From Anaerolineae bacterium (GTDB lineage Bacteria > Chloroflexota > Anaerolineae > Anaerolineales > E44-bin32): 64,000 nt of DNA. The stretch's first letter is position 1; each line of letters opens with the position of its first letter. A program made the translations under genes and the position numbers. The DNA is taken from the NCBI GenBank assembly GCA_011174825.1, contig DUEZ01000064.1:17512-81511 (forward strand), read 5' to 3'. Shown here one piece after another: positions 1 to 10,961 of this stretch. Under the pieces are notes generated by a model. The model did not search any database, was not told the DNA's origin, and saw only the letters and a list, made by a program, of their open reading frames with translations.

Positions 1-2119
1 CATAACGATCTGACTCCCCGCGGCGACGCCGCTCGTTCGCCGCATGGACGATGGCGTGCTGGTCAGGCGGAAAGAAGTTCGTCCAGTGTTGCCCCAAGAT
101 CTCCTCGGGTTCGTATCCTAGCAATCCGGCCGCAGCTTGGTTAACGAACCTAAAATTCCCTTCTGCGTCATCAACCACAACGCCCTCAGACATGCTCTCG
201 AGGATGCTCTCGGTAAACTCCTTCAAGCGCTGGATTTCGTTCATCGTCTTCTTGCGCTCGGTGATGTCCCGAACCACACCCTGGATGACTGAAGTGTCAC
301 CGAGATCAATCAGGTTCGAAGAAACCTCTGCTTGGAAAACCTGGCCGTCCTTTTTTATAAAGTCGATCTCAAAATCGACAAAGCCATCGTGCATAATGGT
401 CTCAAACGCCCATTTGGATTTCTCACGCGCTTCTTGAGGATGAAGATCGGCGATCGTGAGGGACCTGACCTCAGATCTCGCATATCCAAGAAGGTCCAAC
501 GCCTTTTGGTTTACGTCAACGATATTGCCTTCTGGATCATGGATAAAGATCGGGTCATTTGACTGGTGGAAGAGCGTGCTGTACCTTGTCTCGCTTTCGC
601 GAAGAGCGTGTTCTGCTTGTACGCGATTTGTGATATCAATCATGGATACGAACACTTTCGCCAGAGAGTCCTCATAGCCTGGGGGTATATGAAGACGTAG
701 AAATACATTTTTCTTCTCGCCCGTCACGGTCAAGTGCACCGTCTCGCACTCAAAATCTGGTTGGCCCTCTGTGACCGCGATGAGTTCCTCGCGAAAGGCT
801 TCCAGCGCTTCCTCCGGAAGAACATGATCTAGGCCGGCAAGTAATTCCTGCTTATCCTCAGCAGCATGTAATTCCAGGGTCGCTTTGTTGATGTCCAATA
901 TCCTGATTCGACCCATGCACTCGGTGAGCGCTTCGGGGCTCCCATCGAAATGAGCACGGAAGTCGGTAACACCGGTTGCGCGTACTTCGTCGAAGTATTG
1001 CTTAACACGAGACCAATCTTCCTCCCAGAGAGAGATAGCGGAGTCTTCGAATAGACTCCGGTAGCGGCTCTCGTTTTCTCTTAGCGCCTCCTCCATCCGC
1101 TTACGTTCGGTGACGTCTCTCGTGGTAGCGATAAACGCCTTTGGTTCACCATTCCCGTCTTTAACCAGCGCGGCATTTAGCTCTCCAAAAAAGTTGCTGC
1201 CGTCACGCCTTATCAGGGTATATTCGACATGACTAACCGAACCCTCCTCCAGGGTCTTTTGCATATTAGCCATCGCTCGATCATGATCCTCTTCGGCGAT
1301 AAGCTCAACCGCGTTCAACCCAATGATTTTCTCCTCGCTTTCAAACCCATGCAGTTCGAGCGTTCGCTGGGAAACCTGCGTGATGTTCCCATATAAATCC
1401 GTCATGGTCACCGCATCGGGGGAGGTTCCCATCAGAGTCCGATACAACTCCTCCGAGGCGCTCAATTCCTCATTCATTCGCACCCGCTCGGTGACGTCTC
1501 GGATCGCGGTGACGCGCCGTTTCATTCCTTGAAAGTTAAAGTCCTTGCCACAAACTTCAACCGGGAAGGTCGAGCCATCTTTACGCATGCAGATAGTTTC
1601 ATAAGGTTGGTCATATCCTGAATCGGCCTTCTTCGTTACTTCGTCGCGCACCTCTGGGACGAGGAACTCGACCACGCTCATCCCCACGAGTTCTTTCTGT
1701 CGATATCCAAACAATTTCGCAAACTGAGGACTGACCTCAACAAAGTGGCCATTTTCGGTGACTGCAATGCCGTCGAATGCGATCTCCGATAAGCGGCGGA
1801 ATTTCTCTTCGCTCTCACGAAGGGCTTGCGTGGCAAGATCGGAGGGTTGAATATGAGGGCCGATCGAGATCAACGCCACCACCATGAGCACCGAGATGGC
1901 GAAAACTACGACCTCAACCGTCAGATCTGGCAGGGCGCCTGGCGCTTGAGAGAAGATGCGGTAGAGGATTACCAGGCGTGGAATAGCCAAGAGGACCATG
2001 GAGGCGCCGATGGCTATCAAGGCTATGCGCGCGCTTGTAAGCTTGATCAGCCTAAAGGCCGCATACGACGCAGCAAACTGAAGCACCACCGAAGAAGCTA
2101 AGATGAACAGCAGTACCAT
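1..2119 (-). CDS. Multi-PAS-domain sensor protein, N-terminal part (C-terminus and output domain lie beyond the window start)
   Basis: The minus-strand frame is open from ATG at 2119-2117 (MVLLFILASSVVLQFAASYAAFRLIK, two hydrophobic helices) down to position 1 with no stop, so it is absent from the ORF track. My translation shows repeated PAS-like modules. They are separated by the linker motif (V/I)RD(V/I)TER (TAIRDVTERVRM, TTRDVTERKRME, VVRDITERKKTM). Confidence 0.8.
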   Translation of the reverse strand, partial: MVLLFILASSVVLQFAASYAAFRLIKLTSARIALIAIGASMVLLAIPRLVILYRIFSQAPGALPDLTVEVVVFAISVLMVVALISIGPHIQPSDLATQALRESEEKFRRLSEIAFDGIAVTENGHFVEVSPQFAKLFGYRQKELVGMSVVEFLVPEVRDEVTKKADSGYDQPYETICMRKDGSTFPVEVCGKDFNFQGMKRRVTAIRDVTERVRMNEELSASEELYRTLMGTSPDAVTMTDLYGNITQVSQRTLELHGFESEEKIIGLNAVELIAEEDHDRAMANMQKTLEEGSVSHVEYTLIRRDGSNFFGELNAALVKDGNGEPKAFIATTRDVTERKRMEEALRENESRYRSLFEDSAISLWEEDWSRVKQYFDEVRATGVTDFRAHFDGSPEALTECMGRIRILDINKATLELHAAEDKQELLAGLDHVLPEEALEAFREELIAVTEGQPDFECETVHLTVTGEKKNVFLRLHIPPGYEDSLAKVFVSMIDITNRVQAEHALRESETRYSTLFHQSNDPIFIHDPEGNIVDVNQKALDLLGYARSEVRSLTIADLHPQEAREKSKWAFETIMHDGFVDFEIDFIKKDGQVFQAEVSSNLIDLGDTSVIQGVVRDITERKKTMNEIQRLKEFTESILESMSEGVVVDDAEGNFRFVNQAAAGLLGYEPEEILGQHWTNFFPPDQHAIVHAANERRRRGESDRY

Positions 2120-2659
2120 GGGTTCTCCCTCGGGACCATTAATGTGGCTTTAAGCCGCTCTCCCCGCCCGACGATGCCATGCGACATCTCAGAATAAGCC
2201 TATGCTCGTTTCCCATGTCTACATCGCTTTATCTGGATGGGGGGTGTGTTGAGTCGATGCTTGAACTCATTGAGCGTCCACAGTTCTCGACTGTTGTTTA
2301 TGAAGTTGTTTCCATAGGTCATCATAGAGCGTATTTCTAACCCACAGTAGATCGCTTAGGTCCTATTCGTTCCACGTCCCACGGTGAGCGGTGAGTTTTC
2401 ACCGACGGACCTTTTGCCCACGCCCACCATCCGATACCCCCACCCAAGCACAGATTACCCTCCTTTTTTAGACAGAATGGTCATATTTTGGGTTGCAAGG
2501 TTGAAACCATAAGGGGTCACCGAAGGTCTTTTTAGGCGATCAGATTCAAGCCAGATCCCCTCTTACAGCCGGGATGGAGGTTTCGCTGGCCTCGGTCTTG
2601 CACCCTTAGCCCGGAGAGAAGAATTCATATATGATTCTTATGTTCGCTTTCAGCCCCGC

Positions 2660-2668
2660 TGATATAAT
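2660..2668 (+). promoter_or_regulatory. Possible extended -10 promoter element (TGATATAAT) upstream of clpC
   Basis: tgatataat at 2660-2668 lies about 48 nt upstream of the clpC ATG. There is no convincing -35. A short hairpin gtacgcc-gtagtag-ggcgtac follows at about 2680-2700, before the RBS aaggaagg. Confidence 0.3.
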
Positions 2669-2715
2669 CAAATCGGAATGTACGCCGTAGTAGGCGTACG
2701 ATAAGGAAGGTTCCT

Positions 2716-5190
2716 ATGATGCGATTTGACCGTTTCACCGAGCGTGCTCAGGATGCGGCCCAACGTGCGGCTGAGATTATCCAACGCTACGGACACAATC
2801 AAATCGATACCGAGCACATCTTCCTGGCACTTATCGAGCAGCCGCAAGGTGTGATCCCACAAATCTTAGAGAGGCTGAACGTTGATATCGAGGACCTCAC
2901 CGACCGCATTGACCATCAGCTCCGGACGACCCCTAAGGCCAACATCTACGGTGGAGGCGCGGGTCAGATCTTCATCACCCCGCGAGTCAAGCGTGTGGTC
3001 GACATGGCCAATCAGGAAGCCAATCGTCTCAACGACGAATACATTTCCACCGAGCACCTCTTCCTGGCCATCCTCTCGGAGCGCAACACGGCGATCGCTC
3101 GGTTGTTGACCGAAGTAGGCATAACCAAGGATCGGGTCTATGACGCCGTGAAAGAGATCCGAGGCGGTCAGCGGGTTACGGATCGCAAGGCCGAGTCGCG
3201 CTATCGCACATTGGAGAAGTATTCGCGCGATCTTTCCCAATTAGCCAAGGAAGGCAAGCTCGATCCTGTGATCGGGCGAGATCAGGAGATCATGCGAGTG
3301 ATCCAGATCCTCTCCAGGCGTACCAAGAACAACCCAGTGCTAATCGGCGAAGCCGGCGTCGGGAAGACGGCCATCGTCGAAGGTCTTGCTCAAAAGATCG
3401 CCGATAACGACGTGCCTGAGATCCTAAGTGGTCGGAAGGTGGTCTCGCTTGATTTGGGAGCGATGATCGCTGGTTCGCGCTTCAGGGGCGAGTTCGAGGA
3501 GCGCTTGAAGGCCGCCATTGAAGAAATCCAGCGCTCGGAGGGCGATATCATCCTCATGATCGATGAGTTACACACCGTGGTCGGCGCTGGTGCCGCGCAG
3601 GGAGCGATGGACGCTTCGAATATGCTCAAGCCAGCGCTTGCGCGCGGCGAATTACAATGCATCGGCGCCACCACCCTCGACGAGTATCACAAGCACATCG
3701 AGAAAGACGCCGCCCTTGAACGGCGCTTCGCTCCTGTATACGTCGATGAACCTTCGATTGAAGAGACCATCGAAATGCTGCATGGATTGCGCGATCGGTA
3801 TGAAGCGCATCACAAGGTGAGCTTCTCGGACGAGGCTCTCGTGGCCGCAGCTCGTTTATCACAGCGTTATGTCACCGATCGTCATTTACCCGACAAGGCC
3901 ATCGATTTGATGGATGAAGCCGCTGCCAAGTTGCGCGTGGCGCTCTACTCTCTGCCTCCGGACCTCAAAGATCTGAAGGCCGAAATTGATCGTCTATTGG
4001 CGGCGGAAGAAAAAGCCGGGCTGGAGCGGGATTATGAGCGTGCTGCCGAGAAGAAATCCGAACGCTTACGTCTAGAAGGTGAGTTCCGGGAAATGCGCGA
4101 CAAATGGGAGGCCGATCACCAACTGGATGAGATCGTCGATGAAGACGACATCGCCGAAGTCGTCGCCATGTGGACCGGGATACCCGTCAGCCAAATGATG
4201 GAGACCGAAGCCGAGAAGCTGCTTAGAATGGAGGAACGGCTTCACGAACGTATCGTAGGTCAGGACGAAGCCATCCATGCCCTGGCAGATGCGATCCGTC
4301 GTGCGCGCGCGGGGCTCAAGGATCCCCGGCGCCCCATCGGATCTTTCATCTTCTTGGGTTCCTCGGGTGTCGGAAAGACGGAGATGGCCAAGGCGTTGGC
4401 GGAGTTCATGTTTGACGACGAAGACGCGCTTGTGCGCATCGATATGAGCGAGTATCGCGAACAACACACAGTGTCGCGCCTTTTCGGTGCACCGCCGGGT
4501 TATGTCGGATATGAGGAGGGCGGCCAACTGACGGAGGCGGTACGGCGCCGTCCCTACCGTGTGATCCTCTTCGATGAGATTGAGAAAGCTCATCCTGAGG
4601 TGTGGAACGCCCTGCTCCAGATCCTGGATGATGGTCGTTTGACGGACGGACAAGGTCGAGTGGTTGACTTCCGCAACACGGTGTTGATCATGACATCCAA
4701 TCTGGGGACCGAGTTCGTGACCAGAGCTGGCACACTAGGCTTCCTACGCCAAGGTGAAGAAGGCCAAGAAGGAGCAGCGGAAGAGAAGATCGAAAAGGAG
4801 CTCAAGGATACCTTCAGACCCGAGTTCCTCAACCGCATCGATGAAATCATCATCTTCTCGCCACTTTCACCTGAACAGATGGTACGTATTGTCGATTTGC
4901 AGATGCAACAGATCCGCGAGCGCTTAGCTGAACACGGCTTGACCGTTGAATTAACCGACGCAGCACGAGAATGGCTGGCGCGCGAAGGTTACGACCCAGC
5001 TTTCGGTGCTCGTCCTCTACGCCGAGCCCTGCAGAGACATGTCGAGAGCGCGCTCTCGGTGAAGATCCTTCAAGGTGAGTTCGAAGAGGGTGATACGGTG
5101 ATCGTGGACTTCGATGAGAGCGAAGGCGTGATCTTCCGTCGCCCGGATGAAGGTGCCGAGGTTCGCATCGAAGAAGAGGTCTCGGCGTAA
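2716..5190 (+). CDS. clpC: ATP-dependent Clp protease ATP-binding subunit ClpC (class I AAA+, two NBDs)
   Basis: 824 aa. It has N-terminal Clp repeat pairs and Walker [14 protein letters not shown] and [14 protein letters not shown]. The middle region is short and UVR-like ([26 protein letters not shown]), typical of ClpC rather than the longer ClpB coiled coil. Confidence 0.9.
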   Translation: MMRFDRFTERAQDAAQRAAEIIQRYGHNQIDTEHIFLALIEQPQGVIPQILERLNVDIEDLTDRIDHQLRTTPKANIYGGGAGQIFITPRVKRVVDMANQEANRLNDEYISTEHLFLAILSERNTAIARLLTEVGITKDRVYDAVKEIRGGQRVTDRKAESRYRTLEKYSRDLSQLAKEGKLDPVIGRDQEIMRVIQILSRRTKNNPVLIGEAGVGKTAIVEGLAQKIADNDVPEILSGRKVVSLDLGAMIAGSRFRGEFEERLKAAIEEIQRSEGDIILMIDELHTVVGAGAAQGAMDASNMLKPALARGELQCIGATTLDEYHKHIEKDAALERRFAPVYVDEPSIEETIEMLHGLRDRYEAHHKVSFSDEALVAAARLSQRYVTDRHLPDKAIDLMDEAAAKLRVALYSLPPDLKDLKAEIDRLLAAEEKAGLERDYERAAEKKSERLRLEGEFREMRDKWEADHQLDEIVDEDDIAEVVAMWTGIPVSQMMETEAEKLLRMEERLHERIVGQDEAIHALADAIRRARAGLKDPRRPIGSFIFLGSSGVGKTEMAKALAEFMFDDEDALVRIDMSEYREQHTVSRLFGAPPGYVGYEEGGQLTEAVRRRPYRVILFDEIEKAHPEVWNALLQILDDGRLTDGQGRVVDFRNTVLIMTSNLGTEFVTRAGTLGFLRQGEEGQEGAAEEKIEKELKDTFRPEFLNRIDEIIIFSPLSPEQMVRIVDLQMQQIRERLAEHGLTVELTDAAREWLAREGYDPAFGARPLRRALQRHVESALSVKILQGEFEEGDTVIVDFDESEGVIFRRPDEGAEVRIEEEVSA

Positions 5191-5254
5191 GTATACGCTT
5201 GCGAAAAATAAACCGTTACGTATCCTCCTGTGATGTCAACGCTGGGAGATTCAA

Positions 5255-5291
5255 CTCCGCCCCACCGAGAAACCGGGGCGGAGTTTTTTTT
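5255..5291 (+). terminator. Rho-independent terminator after clpC
   Basis: Stem ctccgcccc (5255-5263) pairs with ggggcggag (5275-5283), followed by an 8-nt T run (5284-5291). Confidence 0.85.
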
Positions 5292-5326
5292 GAGTATACT
5301 AAAAGATCCCGCTAGAAGCAGAGAGT

Positions 5327-5371
5327 GGTATATGTGGGGGTGTAGGCGAGCCCAGACCCCCATTTATAACC
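5327..5371. repeat. Degenerate hairpin copy of the GGTATATGTGGGGGTGT element
   Basis: ggtatatgtgggggtgtagg at 5327-5346 shares a 17-nt core with 15735-15751. The right arm cccagacccccatttataacc is an imperfect complement. Confidence 0.6.
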
Positions 5372-5494
5372 AGTCCTCCTCTCGCGGTTGACTTTTTATC
5401 AGTGGATACCTTTATGCAAAGCAGATGGGTTCTGAACCCTTGCTTGTCTTGAGCGGCTTTGCACGAAATCCTTAAGTCAAAGCCCAATAAGCTG

Positions 5495-6361
5495 TCAAGT
5501 TACGAGTGGAAGCTGCGTTAGATTTCCTGATCGCAATAAATGGCTTCCTACAATGAAAATTGCACATTGACAAAGCGCAAACCATAGCAGGATCATTTCA
5601 ACCGTGACCAACGCTCCTAATATTAGGGATGGGATTTGCGCTTCTGTTTGTGTCAATTTATCAGCGACTGCATCTAGATCATCCCCTAGACTCGTAAGCT
5701 TAACTTCCATTCCATCCAATCCATCAGCAAATATATCGAGGCTTTCAGATGCCTTCTCCAAAGCTTTTGTAGTCTCATCTAAATCACTTGTCGCAGCTGC
5801 TAAGTCCTCTCTTACAATGATGAGCTCACCAGGTAATGGTTCCAGACTGATCGCCACATCGGAGATGGCTTTATCGAGAGGTTTCTCTGGGGTATAGGTT
5901 ATGCCTGTAATGGGTCCAAGAGTGGCCAGGCTTCGGAGAACTTGATCGATCGCTCTTGCGCCCTCTTCAGCTGAGATAAGAGCTCGGTGCGTTTTAATGA
6001 TTATCCGCGGTATTCGATCTCCTAACAGTTCACCCGTAGAACGGATCAACGGCTTAGAATCTTCGATCGAGCCCGCGACACTGGTAAGCGTCACACTTGC
6101 GCTGTCCAAGACCACCACAGCATCACCCAGAGTACTATCTACCTCACGGATCGTCTCGGCAATTGACCGAACTCCCCTGGTCGTAGTCGTCAGCATACTC
6201 TTTGCAAATGTGTTTGCTCGATCGGAGATAAAAGGAACAAGGATGATCCCCAAAAGGCCAAAAATTATTCCAACCGCACCGGCCACTCGTATGGCGAAAC
6301 CCAATCTTCGTTTCCAGGGTGAGGGTAGCCATTCGCTTTCGATGGAATTTTCCCCTGCCAT
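5495..6361 (-). CDS. Hypothetical membrane protein (N- and C-terminal TM helices flanking a long helical domain)
   Basis: 288-aa ORF. Hydrophobic segments are AGAVGIIFGLLGIILVPFI near the N-terminus and LILGALVTVEMILLWFALCQCAIFIV near the C-terminus. I recognise no family. Confidence 0.6.
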   Translation of the reverse strand: MAGENSIESEWLPSPWKRRLGFAIRVAGAVGIIFGLLGIILVPFISDRANTFAKSMLTTTTRGVRSIAETIREVDSTLGDAVVVLDSASVTLTSVAGSIEDSKPLIRSTGELLGDRIPRIIIKTHRALISAEEGARAIDQVLRSLATLGPITGITYTPEKPLDKAISDVAISLEPLPGELIIVREDLAAATSDLDETTKALEKASESLDIFADGLDGMEVKLTSLGDDLDAVADKLTQTEAQIPSLILGALVTVEMILLWFALCQCAIFIVGSHLLRSGNLTQLPLVT

Positions 6362-6528
6362 GTGATCCTCCTTTGTTTACCATTGGATAACGTGCGATGT
6401 TAATATGAAGCAGAATTAGAAGACATGCGAGGAAAAAATTCGAATCCTATAAGGACAAGTGCGCTACTGAATCAACCCAATCTTGATACAAATACGCTCT
6501 CGTTTACCACAATATCTGAGAGTTGCCT

Positions 6529-7605
6529 TTAAAGCCAACGCCTCCTTCGAAAATAGATGATCATTCCGATGAAAATAAGAGCCATGATGAATAGGACAAT
6601 AAAGTATCCAAACCGCCATTGAAGTTCAGGCATGTAAGCAAAGTTCATGCCATATATGCCTGCGATGAAGGTCAGGGGGATGAACACGGTTGCGATGATG
6701 GTCAGGACTTTCATCACCTCGTTCATCCTGTTACTTATGCTTGACAGATAGATATCCAGCATTCCTGAAATCATCTCTCTGAAGGTTTCGATGGTGTCGA
6801 TTACCTGAATTGTGTGATCGTACACATCCCGGAGGTAGATACTTGTCGATTCCTCAATCAAATCTGTTTCGTCTTTTTCAAGTCTGCTGACGACCTCGCG
6901 TAGAGGCCACACATACTTCCGCAAGAAGAGCAACTCACGCTTCAGATTGTGAATGAACTGCAAGGTATCTGTTGATGGATCTGTGACAAGTTCTTCCTCC
7001 AAGTCTGCGATCTGCTCACCGAAGTGCTCCAGAATGACGAAATAGTGATCTACTATGGCATCAATGAGGGAATAGATCAGATAGTCAGTTCCTCTCTTGA
7101 CGATGCGGCTCTTCCCTCCATGGATACGCACCCTTACACTATCGAACACATCTTTCCCGGCTTCGTCCCCTTCCTGAAAGGTTATTACATACGTGTCGCC
7201 CAAGATCAGACTTACCTGTTCGGATTCGACCTCAGAGTGTTCCTCGTTCCAGTAAAGCATTTTCAGTACGATGTAGATATACTCATCGAAGTCTTCAATC
7301 TTTGGACGCTGACTCGTGTTGAGGATATCCTCCATAACTAAAGGATGAATATCTAGATTGGTTCCAATTTCCTCAATGATCTGCGCTTGATGAACACCAT
7401 CTACGTTCAACCAGGAGATCGTAGGTTGATCTTTAAACGGGAAGCATTCCCCTGGGATCGAAATTTCTCGCTCGGAAACATCAGCTTCTCCACCATACTC
7501 AAAAAGGGTTAACTTCATCCGCTCTAATTTTCGATCACCGATGTGAATTAGCGTGCCAGGGGCAAGACCGGTCTTCTCGGATCTGCGTGTAAATAGCTTA
7601 TCCAT
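6529..7605 (-). CDS. corA: Magnesium/cobalt transporter CorA
   Basis: 358 aa. The signature YGMNF (GMN motif) sits between two C-terminal TM helices, preceded by an acidic cytoplasmic domain. Confidence 0.9.
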   Translation of the reverse strand: MDKLFTRRSEKTGLAPGTLIHIGDRKLERMKLTLFEYGGEADVSEREISIPGECFPFKDQPTISWLNVDGVHQAQIIEEIGTNLDIHPLVMEDILNTSQRPKIEDFDEYIYIVLKMLYWNEEHSEVESEQVSLILGDTYVITFQEGDEAGKDVFDSVRVRIHGGKSRIVKRGTDYLIYSLIDAIVDHYFVILEHFGEQIADLEEELVTDPSTDTLQFIHNLKRELLFLRKYVWPLREVVSRLEKDETDLIEESTSIYLRDVYDHTIQVIDTIETFREMISGMLDIYLSSISNRMNEVMKVLTIIATVFIPLTFIAGIYGMNFAYMPELQWRFGYFIVLFIMALIFIGMIIYFRRRRWL

Positions 7606-7769
7606 TTTTGTGTCCTAGTTTCTTTAGTGGATGACTACTTATTTCGATCGACGAATCCTTCGGTTTCAATGGTATGAGTTCAGATTTAATAAGACAAATC
7701 CATTAATTCCACACATGATGTAATGTATTAACCTCGATCAGGCAACATATCAGTGAAGCAAATGGGAGA

Positions 7770-9512
7770 TTAAGACTGTTCAACCCTCGCCACGCTCTTG
7801 GCCTCGATCGCCTGACGAAGGAGGTCTGCTGCGCTTTCCAGGTTAGGTTCGCTAACCCCTCCTAACATCAACGCAAGCTCTGGAAGGCGTTCGCTGTCCG
7901 TCAGGCGCCGAGCTAAAGTCACCGTGCGCCCACCCTGGACCTCTTTCTCGATCTTGAAATGCTGATCACCGAAGGCACCAAGCTGGGGCAAATGGGTGAC
8001 GCACAACACCTGATGATTCTGAGCCACCCCCCACAACTTTCTGCCAACGATCGCACCCACCCTGCCGCCGATGCCTTGATCAATCTCGTCGAAGATCAAG
8101 GTGGGTGTTCGATCGGCCCGCACCAACACGCTCTTTAACCCCAACATCAACCGTGAGGTTTCGCCACCTGAGGCGATCTTCACCAAGGGCTTGAGCCCTT
8201 CGCCTGGGTTTGGTGCCACGAGGAACTCAATTTGGTCGAAGCCCAGTGGGCTAAAGGCCACCCGGCGATCCCCGGCTGGTGCACCCTGCGTATCGTCCTC
8301 CCAACTCAATTGCACACCAAAATTCGCCCCCTCCATGCGTAAGTCGGCGAGTTCCTCTTCAATCGCGTACTCCAATTGCTCACCCGCCTCGCGTCGCGCA
8401 TGGGACAATTCCCTGCCGAGCTCACCGAGATGGGAAAGTAAACTTGCCTCCTCGATTTCCAATTCTTGAAGGCGCTCTTCCGAATGGGTGATCGATTCAA
8501 GTTCTGCACGCGCGGTTTCAGCGTATCCCAGTACCTCCTCGATCCCATCTCCATACTTTCGCTGCAAGGAATGAATCAAGTTTAAACGTTCCTCAACCTG
8601 GTCTAACCTCTGAGGGTTATACTCAATTCCTTCTCGATAGATCCGTAAACGTCGAGCTAGCTCGCTAATTTGTTCGACGAGCGCTTGGGCCTCCGCTTGT
8701 GTCCCTTCCATGCTGTCGTCGACTTTCGCCAGCCCCGCTAAAGCCTGCGCTGCCTGGCCGAGCAGATCCGTGATGGCTTCGCGATCCCTAGGACCCTCAT
8801 CGAACGCCGCGATCGCTTGTTCCGCTAGGGTCGCTAACTGTTCAGCGTTGGCAAGCCGAGTGCGCTCGGCGATTAATTCAGCCTGCTCACCCGCCCGAAG
8901 AGCAGCGGTTTCAATCTCATTGATTTGATAAGTCAACAGATCCGCCCTGCTTGCGGCCTCCTGCTTCCGTTGGCGTAACCCAGATAATTCACTACGCACT
9001 CGTCCAAGTTCTTGGTAAACACTCGTGAAGGCATTGCGCAAGTCTTCGACCTGAGCGTAGCGGTCGAGCAACTGGAGATGTTCCTGAACTCGCAACAAGC
9101 TTAGATGCTCAGATTGACCATGAACATCAACCAGCCACTCGCCCAGTTCCCGAAGCAGATTGAGGTTGACTGTTCGTCCATTCACCCGGCAGATATTGCG
9201 CCCCTGGCGTCGAATCTCTCGCCCTAATGTGATGAATTCAGGATCATCCAACAGGCTTTCCCTCTCGAGGATCTGGTTAACGTCCTCCTGAATAGACGAA
9301 TCCAGCTGAAAAGTGCCTTCGAGAATGGCCGCTTCAGCGCCCGAGCGGACCATCGTGCTGTCAGCTCGACCTCCCAGCAGCATTTCCACAGCGTCAATGA
9401 TGATCGATTTTCCTGCACCTGTTTCGCCGGTAAAGACGGTAAACCCCGAATCAAGGTTCAATCGTAAATCGTCAATGATGGCGAAATCCTGGATGCGAAG
9501 TTCAATAAGCAT
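7770..9512 (-). CDS. recN: DNA repair protein RecN (SMC-like ATPase)
   Basis: 580 aa. It starts MLIELRIQDFAIID, has Walker A GETGAGKSIIIDA, a long coiled coil, and C-terminal SGGETSRLMLGLK plus LIFDEIDQGIGG. Confidence 0.92.
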   Translation of the reverse strand: MLIELRIQDFAIIDDLRLNLDSGFTVFTGETGAGKSIIIDAVEMLLGGRADSTMVRSGAEAAILEGTFQLDSSIQEDVNQILERESLLDDPEFITLGREIRRQGRNICRVNGRTVNLNLLRELGEWLVDVHGQSEHLSLLRVQEHLQLLDRYAQVEDLRNAFTSVYQELGRVRSELSGLRQRKQEAASRADLLTYQINEIETAALRAGEQAELIAERTRLANAEQLATLAEQAIAAFDEGPRDREAITDLLGQAAQALAGLAKVDDSMEGTQAEAQALVEQISELARRLRIYREGIEYNPQRLDQVEERLNLIHSLQRKYGDGIEEVLGYAETARAELESITHSEERLQELEIEEASLLSHLGELGRELSHARREAGEQLEYAIEEELADLRMEGANFGVQLSWEDDTQGAPAGDRRVAFSPLGFDQIEFLVAPNPGEGLKPLVKIASGGETSRLMLGLKSVLVRADRTPTLIFDEIDQGIGGRVGAIVGRKLWGVAQNHQVLCVTHLPQLGAFGDQHFKIEKEVQGGRTVTLARRLTDSERLPELALMLGGVSEPNLESAADLLRQAIEAKSVARVEQS

Positions 9513-9521
9513 GGAAACACT

Positions 9522-10055
9522 CTACAGGCGGATTCCTCGCAAACGGTAATAGAGGGTGCTCAGCATCAAACCCCCCATCACGATCGGCACGATAATCTGT
9601 AACAATACCGTTCCTATTGCACCTAGTTCACCCACTGCGAAGATGATGAAGAAAAGGTTAAGCGGGCCCCACAAGGAGGGCAGGATGCCCATCGTGCCCC
9701 CGATAATGGCCGCCAATGGTAGGTAACGGCTTCTGCGACGTCCCACCGCTCTGTGGACAATGTCCGCCACTCCGCCCCCCACAACAGGAGCGATAAAGAT
9801 CCCCCACCAACCGAGGAAACTAAGCAAGTACATCGCCACACCCAAAGCCACTGCTGAGATCAACCCCACGATCAGGTAGTCGATTTGACGGGCGGTTTCA
9901 AATTCTTTCTGTTGACCACGTACACATTCCTTGCAGCGATAACCTACCGGTGTATGAACAGCGCATTGGGGACAGATCGGTTTCTCGCACCGATTGCAGC
10001 GCAAGGTCGTCTCTCGATGAGGATGATTGGCACAGACCATGGCTGGATCTGTCAT
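9522..10055 (-). CDS. Zinc-ribbon (B-box-like) membrane protein, function unknown
   Basis: 177 aa. The N-terminus has CxxC pairs (CANHPHRETTLRCNRCEKPICPQCAVHTPVGYRCKEC) followed by about four hydrophobic helices. Its start overlaps the nadK stop by 4 nt. Confidence 0.65.
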   Translation of the reverse strand: MTDPAMVCANHPHRETTLRCNRCEKPICPQCAVHTPVGYRCKECVRGQQKEFETARQIDYLIVGLISAVALGVAMYLLSFLGWWGIFIAPVVGGGVADIVHRAVGRRRSRYLPLAAIIGGTMGILPSLWGPLNLFFIIFAVGELGAIGTVLLQIIVPIVMGGLMLSTLYYRLRGIRL

Positions 10056-10924
10056 CCTTCGTCTCCGACAATAGGATTCCGCTGCATGCGTGAAGTTAAA
10101 TTCCGGTAGAAGTAACCAGGTTCTTGTAACCGTACAAATTGGACGGTATGCTCGCTGGCGCGTACCTCAACATGATCTTGGTCTTGAAGCGGCTCCGGTA
10201 GTTGGCCGTCTACACACACGGTCGCCTGGTGGGTAGTACCGACGGTAACCTTCACCCATGATCCCTCGTGCAGGACGATGGCTCGATCAATCGATAAATG
10301 AGGCGCAACTGGCACAAGCAGGATGTTGCGTAGTTCAGGCGGAAGGATTGGCCCACCGGCCGCGAGGGCGTACGCAGTAGAACCCGTGGGGGTGGCCACG
10401 ATCAAGGAATCGGCGACGTAGGTGGTCAGGTAGAAGCCATCGATCTCGGTGAACAGGCGTACCGGACGCACCTGCTCCCCTCTGCCAATGGTGCACTCGT
10501 TGAGGACATCCCACGACCCAAGCATCTCTTCTCCGCGGTGGTGTTCCGCACGCAGCATCATCCTGTTTTGCAACCAGTAATCACCGTTCAATACACGCTC
10601 CACTTTTGATCGCCACTCGTCCTGACCTATCTCAATCAGGAAGCCGAGACCTCCAATGTTAATTCCCAATATTGGCACTTGGGGTGGTGCGCAGAGATGC
10701 CCGGCGCGCAACATCGTCCCGTCACCACCCAGCGCGATCAAAAGGTCGAACGCCCTCTCCATAACCTGGCGGCGTAATGTGTCATCATAGAGCGATGCAT
10801 GGTGGGCTGACAGGCCGCGCTCGACAAGAAAACCAGCGATATCCTCTGCCATTTCAATCGTTGCTTCGCGACCGGGATAGGAGGCAACAGCGATCCTGTG
10901 CGGGGGAGGTAGTTTGGTGTTCAT
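10052..10924 (-). CDS. nadK: NAD kinase
   Basis: GGDGTMLRA motif and typical NAD-kinase length. I place the start at the internal ATG 10924 (MNTKLPPPHRIAV). The longer track ORF (to 11077) would overlap the upstream gene. Confidence 0.85.
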   Translation of the reverse strand: MNTKLPPPHRIAVASYPGREATIEMAEDIAGFLVERGLSAHHASLYDDTLRRQVMERAFDLLIALGGDGTMLRAGHLCAPPQVPILGINIGGLGFLIEIGQDEWRSKVERVLNGDYWLQNRMMLRAEHHRGEEMLGSWDVLNECTIGRGEQVRPVRLFTEIDGFYLTTYVADSLIVATPTGSTAYALAAGGPILPPELRNILLVPVAPHLSIDRAIVLHEGSWVKVTVGTTHQATVCVDGQLPEPLQDQDHVEVRASEHTVQFVRLQEPGYFYRNLTSRMQRNPIVGDEG

Positions 10925-10961
10925 TATTGTAATTATAGCGGAGAGAACGAGCCGCGCACCT

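Noticed and set aside
4072-4653. 193-aa minus-strand ORF, plus other ORFs inside 2716-5190
   Set aside because: They are antisense to clpC, whose identity is unambiguous.
7606-7769. Possible M-box (magnesium) riboswitch upstream of corA
   Set aside because: The leader is short and AT-rich, and I could not recognise the conserved M-box helices.
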